Source: Acidobacteria bacterium RIFCSPLOWO2_02_FULL_65_29 (lineage in GTDB: Bacteria; Acidobacteriota; Vicinamibacteria; Vicinamibacterales; CAVVIG01). From it: a DNA stretch of 64,000 nucleotides. Of this stretch, positions 55,598 through 63,164 are shown one piece after another. The notes below the pieces were generated by a model, which had not been told where the DNA came from, made no database searches, and saw nothing but the letters and a program-made list of their open reading frames with translations. The position numbers and the translations under genes are program-made. The stretch is taken from NCBI GenBank assembly GCA_001767435.1, contig MEKT01000147.1, positions 25,281 through 89,280 of the forward strand, given 5' to 3'. Position 1 is the first letter of the stretch. Each line of letters starts with the position of its first letter.

Positions 55598-58297
55598 ATG
55601 ATCGCCGCGCCCGTCGCCGGCGCCGCGCCCACGCTGTCGGTCGAGGTCAACGGTGCGCCCGACACACTTCCCGCCGGCGCAACGATTCTCGACGCGCTGC
55701 GCGCGGCGGGCGTGCACCTTCCGACCCTCTGCCACGACGAGCGGCTGACGCCGATCGGCGTGTGCCGGCTGTGCCTCGTACGCGTTCAGGGATGGGCGCG
55801 GGCAGTGCCCGCCTGCTCCACGCCGCTTCTCGACGGCATGCGCATCGAGACGAATGCTCGTGACCTGGAGGACGCGAGGCGTACGGCTCTGACGCTCCTC
55901 GCGCGGCGCTATCCGGCCGACGGCGTCGAGCGCGATCCGCACAAGGAGTTTCACCGCGCGATTCTCGAGCACGGCCTCGAACGCGAGTTGCTCCAAGCAT
56001 CTGCCCCGGGCCCGATCGATCGCTCGCACCCCTACATCGCCGTGGACATGTCGCGCTGCATCGACTGCTATCGCTGCGTCCGGATCTGCGACGAGGTGCA
56101 AGGGCAGTTCGTCTGGCACGTCCGCGATCGCGGGCTGGACACGCAAATCGTGCCCGACGGTCCGAGCCTGTTCGAGAGCTCGTGCGTCGGCTGTGGCGCG
56201 TGCGTGGACACGTGTCCGACCGGAGCGCTCGACGACGCCGCTCGGAGCCGCCTGGGCGCGGCGTCGGCCTGGACGAACACGACCTGTCCGTACTGCGGCG
56301 TCGGATGCGAAATGTCAGTCGGCGCGCGGGACGGCCGGATAGTCGCCGTCAAGCCGGTGCTGGATGCACCGGTGAACAAGGGCCATCTCTGCGTGAAAGG
56401 CCGGTACGCGTTCGAGTTCGTTGGCGCCGACGATCGCGTTCTGGATCCGATGATTCGCACCGGCGGCCAGTGGCGGTGCACCTCGTGGGACGAGGCCCTG
56501 ACGTTCGCAGCGGCGCGGCTTGGCGATCTGGTGGCCCGCCACGGACCCGACAGCGTCGGCGTGCTGGGATCGGCGCGCGCGACCAACGAGGAGAACTACC
56601 TCGCGCAGAAGTTCGCGCGCGTCGTGCTGGGCACCAACAACGTCGATTGCTGCGCGCGCGTCTGTCATGCGCCAAGCGCCGCGGCGCTGAAGCACTCGCT
56701 CGGCACAGGCCTCGGCACGAACTCGTTCGACGACATCGAAATCGCCAGGACGATCCTCGTCTGCGGCGCGAACCCGACGGAGAACCATCCGGTCGTCGGC
56801 GCCCGCATCAAGCAGGCGGTCCGGCGGGGCGCGGCGCTGATTGTCGTCGACCCGCGGCGAATCGAGCTGGCGTCCCTGGCAACCTGTCATCTCGCCGTGC
56901 GCCCCGGCACCAACGTCCCGCTCCTGAACGCGATGGCGCACGCGATCCTCGCCAAGGATCTGGTGGACCGGAGGTTCCTCGAAGCCCGCGTCGACGGTGT
57001 CGAGACGTTCGCCCGGAGCGTCGAGGCCTGGACGCCCGAGCGGGCCGCGGTCGTCTGCGGCGTCGACGCCGAACTGATTCGCCGCGCGGCCAGACTCTAC
57101 GCCACGAGGGCGCCCGCCATGAGCATCCACGGCCTGGGGCTCACCGAACACGTCCAGGGCACCGACGGCGTCACGCTGCTCATCAACCTCGCGCTCCTCA
57201 CGGGCAATATCGGCAAACCCGGCACCGGCATCAACCCGCTGCGCGGCCAGAACAACGTGCAGGGCGCGGCGCACATGGGCTGCGAACCGAACACGCTGCC
57301 AGGCGCCGCGTCGCCGAAGGACGGACGCGCCGTGTTCGAGCAGGCGTGGAAGCGCGAGATCCCCTCCACGCACGGACTCCACCTGCTGCACATGATGGAT
57401 GCGGCGCTCGACGGCCGCTTCAACGCGTTGTGGACGATCGGCTACGACGTGCTGCTCACCAACGCGAACGCCTCGGAGACCGTTCGCGCGATGCGCGCGC
57501 TCGATCTGGTCATCGTTCAGGACCTCTTCCTGACCGAGACCGCGCGCGAGGTGGGGTCGGTGTTCTTCCCCGCGTGCTCGTCGCTCGAAAAGGACGGCAC
57601 GTTCATGAATGCCGAACGGCGGATCCAGCGCGTGCGGCAGGTCGTCCGACCGCTCGGGCAATCGAGACCAGACTGGCGGATCATCTGCGACCTGGCGCGC
57701 GCCATGGGCCACGGTGAACTGTTCGATTTCCGCGAGCCGGAAGCGATCTGGAACGAGGTGCGCGCGCTCTGCGAGGGCGCGCGCGGCATGAGCTACGCGC
57801 GTCTCGATCGCGGGGGGCTGCAGTGGCCCTGCCCCTCCGAGGATCACCCCGGCACGAGCATCCTGCACCGAGACAGCTTCGCCGCCGGACCGCGCGCGGT
57901 GCTCCACGGCGTGGCCTACCAGCCGAGCCGGGAATCCACGGGGCCGGAGTACCCCTTCGTGCTCAACACCGGACGCTCGCTTTACCAGTTCAACGCGGGC
58001 ACGATGACCGGACGGACGCCGAACAACGCCCTCCGCCCCTCAGACCTGCTCGACATGTGTCCAGACGACGCGGATCGGCTCGGGCTGAGCGAGGGCGACA
58101 CCGCGCGCGTCATCAGCCGGTATGGCTCCGCGGTGCTGCCGGTCCGGCTGAACGCCGGCGTCCAGCCGGGACAGCTGTTCGCCACGTTTCACACGCCCAG
58201 CATCTTTCTGAACTCCACCACCGGATCCCACCGGGACGGCGCCACGGGCACGCCGGAGTACAAGGTGGCGGCGGTGCGCGTCGAACGGACCGCGTGA
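55598..58297 (+). CDS. fdhA: Formate dehydrogenase alpha subunit, Mo-bisPGD enzyme with NuoG-like N-terminal Fe-S domains (Cys type)
   Basis: Trimmed to MIAAPVAGAAPTLSVEVNG… with GGAAGG upstream. 2Fe-2S (…CHDERLTPIGVCRLCLV…), 4Fe-4S motifs (CIDCYRCVRIC, CVGCGACVDTCP), TTCPYCGVGCEM…KGHLCVKG, and active-site ARVCHAPS (Cys-His, no in-frame TGA). Confidence 0.88.
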   Translation: MIAAPVAGAAPTLSVEVNGAPDTLPAGATILDALRAAGVHLPTLCHDERLTPIGVCRLCLVRVQGWARAVPACSTPLLDGMRIETNARDLEDARRTALTLLARRYPADGVERDPHKEFHRAILEHGLERELLQASAPGPIDRSHPYIAVDMSRCIDCYRCVRICDEVQGQFVWHVRDRGLDTQIVPDGPSLFESSCVGCGACVDTCPTGALDDAARSRLGAASAWTNTTCPYCGVGCEMSVGARDGRIVAVKPVLDAPVNKGHLCVKGRYAFEFVGADDRVLDPMIRTGGQWRCTSWDEALTFAAARLGDLVARHGPDSVGVLGSARATNEENYLAQKFARVVLGTNNVDCCARVCHAPSAAALKHSLGTGLGTNSFDDIEIARTILVCGANPTENHPVVGARIKQAVRRGAALIVVDPRRIELASLATCHLAVRPGTNVPLLNAMAHAILAKDLVDRRFLEARVDGVETFARSVEAWTPERAAVVCGVDAELIRRAARLYATRAPAMSIHGLGLTEHVQGTDGVTLLINLALLTGNIGKPGTGINPLRGQNNVQGAAHMGCEPNTLPGAASPKDGRAVFEQAWKREIPSTHGLHLLHMMDAALDGRFNALWTIGYDVLLTNANASETVRAMRALDLVIVQDLFLTETAREVGSVFFPACSSLEKDGTFMNAERRIQRVRQVVRPLGQSRPDWRIICDLARAMGHGELFDFREPEAIWNEVRALCEGARGMSYARLDRGGLQWPCPSEDHPGTSILHRDSFAAGPRAVLHGVAYQPSRESTGPEYPFVLNTGRSLYQFNAGTMTGRTPNNALRPSDLLDMCPDDADRLGLSEGDTARVISRYGSAVLPVRLNAGVQPGQLFATFHTPSIFLNSTTGSHRDGATGTPEYKVAAVRVERTA

Positions 58298-60048
58298 AAT
58301 TCACCGCGCTCGCGCTCGACTACGACGGCACCATCGCCGTCGACGGCCGGTTCCATCCGGCCGTCCGTCAGGCGATCGGTGACGTGCGGCGGCAGGGCAT
58401 CGCGGTGGTGCTCGTCACGGGCCGCCGTCTGGCCGACCTGCATCAGGTGGCCGGCGATCTGACCTGTTTCGACGTCGTGGTCGGCGAGAACGGCGCCGTG
58501 CTCGAATTTCCGTCGAGCGGCCGGCACGTGACGATCGGGCACCGGCCGCACCCCGGCGTCGTCCGCGAGCTCCAACGGCGAGGCGTCGCGGTCGCAGCCG
58601 GAGAATCGATCATCGAGGCGGAGGCCGCGGCGGCGCCGATTGTCCTCGACGTGATTCGCACGCTCGAGCAGCCGCTCGTCCTTCTGTTCAACAGGAACCG
58701 GTTGATGATCCTGCCGCAGGCCATCGCGAAGTCCAGGGGACTGCGCGAAGCGCTGTTTGCGCTCCGGCTGTCCATTCACAACACCGTCGGCGTGGGTGAC
58801 GCCGAGAACGACCACGACCTGCTCGACGCGTGCGAAGTGGGCGTGGCGGTCGGCTGGGGCAGCCCAGCGCTTCGCGCCGTCGCGGACGAAGTCATCGATG
58901 GCGCCGGCCCCGAGGCCGTGGCCGAGTACATCAGGCGCGTCTCGAGGCAGACGCGGCTGTCGGCGGCGCAAATGGGCAGGCGCCGGCTGCTTGTCGGGCA
59001 CCAGCACAACGGCGACCCGGTGGAGCTGACCGTGCGAGGGAGGACGATTCTCATCGCCGGGGAGCCGGGCACGGGGAAATCGTGGCTCGCGGGACTCCTC
59101 TGCGAACAGTTGATTCTGCAGGGCTACTGCCTCTGCATCATCGATCCCGAGGGCGATTACCGCTCGCTCGAGGAGCTGCCGAGCGTGATCACGCTCGGGG
59201 GCGACGATCCGCCGCCGAGCGCGCGCGAGATTGCGCGCGCGCTGCGTCATCCCGACGTGAGCGTGATCGTGGACCTCTCAAGAGTCTCGCACCGCCAAAA
59301 GTTCCAGTACCTCACCACGCTGCTGCCGCTGCTCGTGAGCCTCAGACGCCGAACCGGCCTGCCCCACAAGATCCTCCTCGACGAGGCCCACTATTTCCTT
59401 GGAGGAGGCGACAGCGCGCAGCTCATCGATCCCGAGCTCGCCGGCTACATTCTCGTGACCTACAGGATCTCGGGACTCGATCCGTCGATCCGGACGACCA
59501 GCGACGCCGTCGTCATGGTGACCCACGAGACCGACCCGCTCGAGGCCGAGACGATTCGGAGCCTCTGCCGGCTCCCGGCGGGCGTGATCGTGCCGACCGA
59601 CGTGTTCCACAGTCTCGCGTTGAACGAGGTGGCGTTGCTGCCGGGGGTCGAAGAATCTCAGGGCCGGGTTCGGCGTTTTCAGCTCGCGCCCCGCCTCACC
59701 GCGCACGTTCGCCACCAATCCAAGTACCTCGACATGCCGGTGACCGAGGACCGGGCGTTCGTCTTCAGCGTTGGTGGACATTCCGGACCCCGCGTGAGGA
59801 CGCTCAAGGCGTTCATCGGGCTGCTCGCCGCTTTGCCCGCCGAAGAGATTGCGGCCCACCTTGGCCGCCACGATTTCTCGCGGTGGATCTTGGAGGTCTT
59901 CCGAGACGGTCCGCTGGCGGCGCACCTGCGGGGCATCGAGGACCGGGCCGACGGAGAGGAAACGCGCGACACCATCGAGGCGATCGCGCAGGCGATCCGG
60001 GCCCGGTACGAAGCCGTTGCCGAACCCGGAGCGCCGCTGCAGGATTGA
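58294..60048 (+). CDS. Fusion protein: HAD-IIB (Cof-type) phosphatase domain + HerA/DUF87-like P-loop ATPase + unassigned C-terminal domain
   Basis: GTG start overlaps the fdhA stop (GTGA). HAD motifs LDYDGT, VLVTGR and GVGDAENDHDLL. ATPase motifs IAGEPGTGKSW (Walker A), IIDPEGDY and ILLDEAHYF (Walker B). C-terminus …LGRHDFSRWILEVFRDGPLAAHL…. Confidence 0.75.
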   Translation: MKFTALALDYDGTIAVDGRFHPAVRQAIGDVRRQGIAVVLVTGRRLADLHQVAGDLTCFDVVVGENGAVLEFPSSGRHVTIGHRPHPGVVRELQRRGVAVAAGESIIEAEAAAAPIVLDVIRTLEQPLVLLFNRNRLMILPQAIAKSRGLREALFALRLSIHNTVGVGDAENDHDLLDACEVGVAVGWGSPALRAVADEVIDGAGPEAVAEYIRRVSRQTRLSAAQMGRRRLLVGHQHNGDPVELTVRGRTILIAGEPGTGKSWLAGLLCEQLILQGYCLCIIDPEGDYRSLEELPSVITLGGDDPPPSAREIARALRHPDVSVIVDLSRVSHRQKFQYLTTLLPLLVSLRRRTGLPHKILLDEAHYFLGGGDSAQLIDPELAGYILVTYRISGLDPSIRTTSDAVVMVTHETDPLEAETIRSLCRLPAGVIVPTDVFHSLALNEVALLPGVEESQGRVRRFQLAPRLTAHVRHQSKYLDMPVTEDRAFVFSVGGHSGPRVRTLKAFIGLLAALPAEEIAAHLGRHDFSRWILEVFRDGPLAAHLRGIEDRADGEETRDTIEAIAQAIRARYEAVAEPGAPLQD

Positions 60049-60071
60049 GAGATGGGGCTAGTGTCCCGTCA

Positions 60072-60752
60072 CTAGGCGCTCTTCGCGGCTGGACCGCTCT
60101 TGGGCGTTCCTTCAGTTCGCCCCGCGCGGGCCAGAAGCTGCCGCACCTCTTCGTCGGTCGTCTGGGCGAATTGCTGATACCAGAGGCCGACCGCCTGAAA
60201 CGGCTCGGGCCTCTGCAAACAGACGACCTCGTCGGCCATGCGGCCGAGCCGGTCGCAGGTGTCTCGAGCGCCCACGGGGACCGCCACGACGATCCGAGAT
60301 GGCTGCAGCCGCCGCAGCGCGATCACCGCCGCCTCCATGGTCGAACCGGTCGCCAGACCGTCATCGATCAGGATGACGAGGTGGCCGCGAACGGGAACGA
60401 GCGGGCGGCCCCCGCGAAAGAGCTGGTCGCGCCGATCCAACTCGAGGCGTTCGCGCACGGCAGTCTGCTGGACGAGCGTGCGCGGGATGCCCAAGTCCCG
60501 AATCAAATCCTCGCTCAGCACCTCGACGCCGCCCTCCGAGATCGCGCCCATCGCCAGCTCCTGGTGCCCCGGCACGCCGAGCTTGCGGACCAGAAACACG
60601 TCGAGCGGGACGCGGAGCTGTTCGGCCACTTCATACGCCACGGGCACGCCGCCGCGCGGCAAGGCGAGCACGACGACGTCGGCGCGCCCCGCGTAGGTCG
60701 CCAGGCGAACGGCCAGCTGGCGCCCGGCGTCGATTCGATCGTTGAAACGCAT
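60072..60752 (-). CDS. Phosphoribosyltransferase-family protein
   Basis: Trimmed to MRFNDRIDAGRQLAVRLATYAGRADVVVLALPRGGVPVAYEVA… PRPP-binding loop VILIDDGLATGSTM. Confidence 0.82.
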   Translation of the reverse strand: MRFNDRIDAGRQLAVRLATYAGRADVVVLALPRGGVPVAYEVAEQLRVPLDVFLVRKLGVPGHQELAMGAISEGGVEVLSEDLIRDLGIPRTLVQQTAVRERLELDRRDQLFRGGRPLVPVRGHLVILIDDGLATGSTMEAAVIALRRLQPSRIVVAVPVGARDTCDRLGRMADEVVCLQRPEPFQAVGLWYQQFAQTTDEEVRQLLARAGRTEGTPKSGPAAKSA

Positions 60753-60754
60753 CG

Positions 60755-61201
60755 TCAATCCGCTCCCGCGCGAGACGCAGCCCTCACAACACGGCGGCCC
60801 GGCCGCGGGTGTGTTTTCACCGCCCCGCGGCGCCGACGTGCGTAGTCCTGCAGTTCCCGCCGCGCCTTGTCGAAGACCTCGCGAAGGACGACGCGCGCAT
60901 CCTTGCGCGTCGCGTCGACCTCCGTGCGCTTGGTCGCTGCCAGCGCCTCGAGGCGCCGCTCGGTCGCGCGCAGCCGGGGCGCGTGGCTGACGACGATGTC
61001 CTCGCCGGGTACGCCCAAGTCGACACGCACCTGAAACCGGTTGCCGTGGAGCCGGTGGCGGTGCGGGATCTCCACGATCACCCGACAGGATATGATGTCG
61101 CGGCAATACGTAGCGAGCTTGGCCACGCGCCGGCGAATGTCGGCGTCGATCCACTCGGTAGACTTCAGATTGTGAAACTTGATCTCCAGGGGTGCCTGCA
61201 T
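60755..61201 (-). CDS. HPF/RaiA (S30AE)-like ribosome-associated protein
   Basis: Trimmed to MQAPLEIKFHNLKSTEWIDADIRRRVAKLATYCRDIISCRVIVEIPHRHRLHGNRFQVRVDLGVPGEDIVV…, the beta-alpha-beta-beta-beta-alpha YfiA-like pattern. Its stop lies 2 nt from the PRTase start. Confidence 0.65.
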   Translation of the reverse strand: MQAPLEIKFHNLKSTEWIDADIRRRVAKLATYCRDIISCRVIVEIPHRHRLHGNRFQVRVDLGVPGEDIVVSHAPRLRATERRLEALAATKRTEVDATRKDARVVLREVFDKARRELQDYARRRRGAVKTHPRPGRRVVRAASRAGAD

Positions 61202-61226
61202 CGATCGAACCTCGACGGTAGACAGA

Positions 61227-61242
61227 AGCACAAACGACGCCA
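61227..61242 (-). promoter_or_regulatory. Candidate sigma-54 (-24/-12) promoter for the HPF-PRTase operon
   Basis: Minus strand reads TGGCGTcgtttGTGCT with exact GG-N10-GC spacing. About 15-nt leader containing GAGG. Confidence 0.4.
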
Positions 61243-61282
61243 TCTCGAGCTCGGAACAGTGACCGGATCTGCGAGCAGGCTC

Positions 61283-61298
61283 TGCCGAATACCCGGCA
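61283..61298. promoter_or_regulatory. 16-bp dyad TGCCG-N6-CGGCA (candidate regulator-binding site / UAS)
   Basis: TGCCGAATACCCGGCA, in the divergent HPF / acs spacer. Centred about 75 nt upstream of the predicted HPF start site. Confidence 0.6.
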
Positions 61299-61379
61299 AA
61301 GTCTCCGGCGACTCGGCGGTCGATGTCACAATGGCCCACCGCGGACTGAGCAAGACCTTTGCAGGCAAGAGGATGGCTC

Positions 61380-63164
61380 ATGGCGTCTGACGCTTCTCTT
61401 CCAGCCTCGGGTACGCGCTGGCCCGCCATCACCAAACCGCGGAGCGATTGGAACGTCGTCCCCAACCTGGTGGACTACGACCGGACGCGCGCCGCGTTCT
61501 CGTGGGAGAACGCCCGCCGCGACCTCGATGGCCTGCCCGGCGGCCGTGGGTTGAATATCGCCCACGAGGCGGTGGACCGCCACGCCGCTGGCCGCCTCGC
61601 CACGCGCGTCGCCATCAGATGGCTGTCGAAAGACGGCCAGCGCAGGGAGCTCACCTACGCCGACCTGCGCGAGGGGACCAGCCGCTTCGCCAACGTGCTC
61701 CAGGCGCTCGGCATCGGCAACGGCGACATCGTGGCGGCGCTTGCCGGGCGCATTCCGGAGCTCTACATCGCGGCGCTCGGCACGATCAAGAACGGCAGCG
61801 TGTTCACGCCTCTCTTCTCCGCATTCGGCCCCGAGCCGATTCAGACTCGGATCAACATCGCCAAGGCCAGAGTGCTCGTGACCACCCCTGCCTTGTACCA
61901 GAAGAAAGTCGAAGCCCTGCGCGGATCCTTGCCAAGTCTCGAACACGTGTTGCTGGTCGGCGCTGGCGCATCGTTCGCTGGGACGCGCGACCTCGCCGCG
62001 CTCATGGCCGGAGCCGACAGCCAGTTCGTCATCCCGCCCACCGATCCGAACGACGTCGCGCTTCTGCACTTCACCAGCGGCACGACTGGCAAGCCCAAGG
62101 GGGCGGTCCACGTTCACGAGGCCGTCGTCGCGCACCACGCGACCGCCCGTTTCGCGCTCGATTTTCATGACGACGACATCTTCTGGTGCACGGCCGATCC
62201 GGGCTGGATCACCGGCACGTCCTACGGCATTATCGCGCCGCTGACGCACGGCCTGACGAGCATTGTCGATGAAGCGGACTTCGACGCCGAACGGTGGTAC
62301 ACGATTCTCGAGAAAGAGCGCGTCACGGTCTGGTACACCGCGCCGACGGCGATCCGCATGCTGATCAGGACGGGAGCGGCGGCGGCGCGAGCGCGTGATT
62401 TCCGATCGTTGCGCTTTCTGTCGAGCGTCGGCGAGCCCCTCAATCCCGAGGCCGTGCGCTGGGGCGTCGAGGCGTTTGGTCGTCCGTTCCACGACAACTG
62501 GTGGCAGACCGAGACAGGCGGCATCATGATCGCCAACTTCGCGGCCTCCGAGGTCAGGCCCGGTTCGATGGGGCGGCCGCTTCCGGGTATCGACGCCGCC
62601 ATCGTGCGGCGCGTCGACAATCGGATCGAGGTCATCGACGAGCCTGGCATCCAGGGCGAGCTCGCGCTCAAGCCGGGCTGGCCGTCGATGTTCCGCGCGT
62701 ATCTGTCCGACGACGTACGCTATCGCCGGTGCTTCGCGGACGGGTACTACCTGACCGGCGATCTGGCGCGGCGCGATTCGGACGGCTATTACTGGTTCGT
62801 CGGACGCGCCGACGACGTCATCAAGTCGTCTGGCCACCTCATCGGACCGTTCGAGGTCGAGAGCGTCCTTGTCGAACATCCGGCCGTGGCCGAAGCCGGC
62901 GTCATCGGCAAGCCGGATCCGATTGCGCTCGAAATCGTCAAGGCCTTCGTCGCGCTCAAGCCCGGGTTCGAACCGAGCGAGACCCTGCGCCGCGAGCTGC
63001 TGGCCTTCACGCGCGTCAGGCTGGGTGCAGCGGTCGCGCCGAAAGAACTGGACTTCCGTCCGAGCATTCCGAAAAACCGCGCGGGCAAGATCATGCGCCG
63101 GTTGCTCAAGGCGCGCGAGCTCGGGCTGCCCGAAGGCGACACGTCCACGCTGGAGGCGTCATGA
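61380..63164 (+). CDS. AMP-forming acyl-CoA synthetase, acetate--CoA ligase (AcsA-type)
   Basis: Trimmed to [11 protein letters not shown]… AMP-binding motifs [13 protein letters not shown], …WWQTETGG… and …[40 protein letters not shown]…. Confidence 0.85.
   Translation: MASDASLPASGTRWPAITKPRSDWNVVPNLVDYDRTRAAFSWENARRDLDGLPGGRGLNIAHEAVDRHAAGRLATRVAIRWLSKDGQRRELTYADLREGTSRFANVLQALGIGNGDIVAALAGRIPELYIAALGTIKNGSVFTPLFSAFGPEPIQTRINIAKARVLVTTPALYQKKVEALRGSLPSLEHVLLVGAGASFAGTRDLAALMAGADSQFVIPPTDPNDVALLHFTSGTTGKPKGAVHVHEAVVAHHATARFALDFHDDDIFWCTADPGWITGTSYGIIAPLTHGLTSIVDEADFDAERWYTILEKERVTVWYTAPTAIRMLIRTGAAAARARDFRSLRFLSSVGEPLNPEAVRWGVEAFGRPFHDNWWQTETGGIMIANFAASEVRPGSMGRPLPGIDAAIVRRVDNRIEVIDEPGIQGELALKPGWPSMFRAYLSDDVRYRRCFADGYYLTGDLARRDSDGYYWFVGRADDVIKSSGHLIGPFEVESVLVEHPAVAEAGVIGKPDPIALEIVKAFVALKPGFEPSETLRRELLAFTRVRLGAAVAPKELDFRPSIPKNRAGKIMRRLLKARELGLPEGDTSTLEAS

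Noticed and set aside
56182-57907. ORFs 56182..57717 (+, off frame) and 56315..57907 (-) within fdhA
   Set aside because: Shadow ORFs inside a well-supported molybdoenzyme gene.
55598-58297. Interpreting the FdhA-like gene as the missing nuoG
   Set aside because: It has a full Mo-bisPGD catalytic domain with the FDH-type Cys-His active site (ARVCHAPS) and is about 36 kb from the nuo operon. NuoG lacks a functional Mo site.
61348-61363. Sigma-54-like element GAGCAAGacctTTGCA upstream of acs
   Set aside because: The -24 dinucleotide is AG instead of the near-invariant GG, and the predicted start site would fall downstream of the likely SD. It is mentioned only because it sits 82 nt from the dyad.
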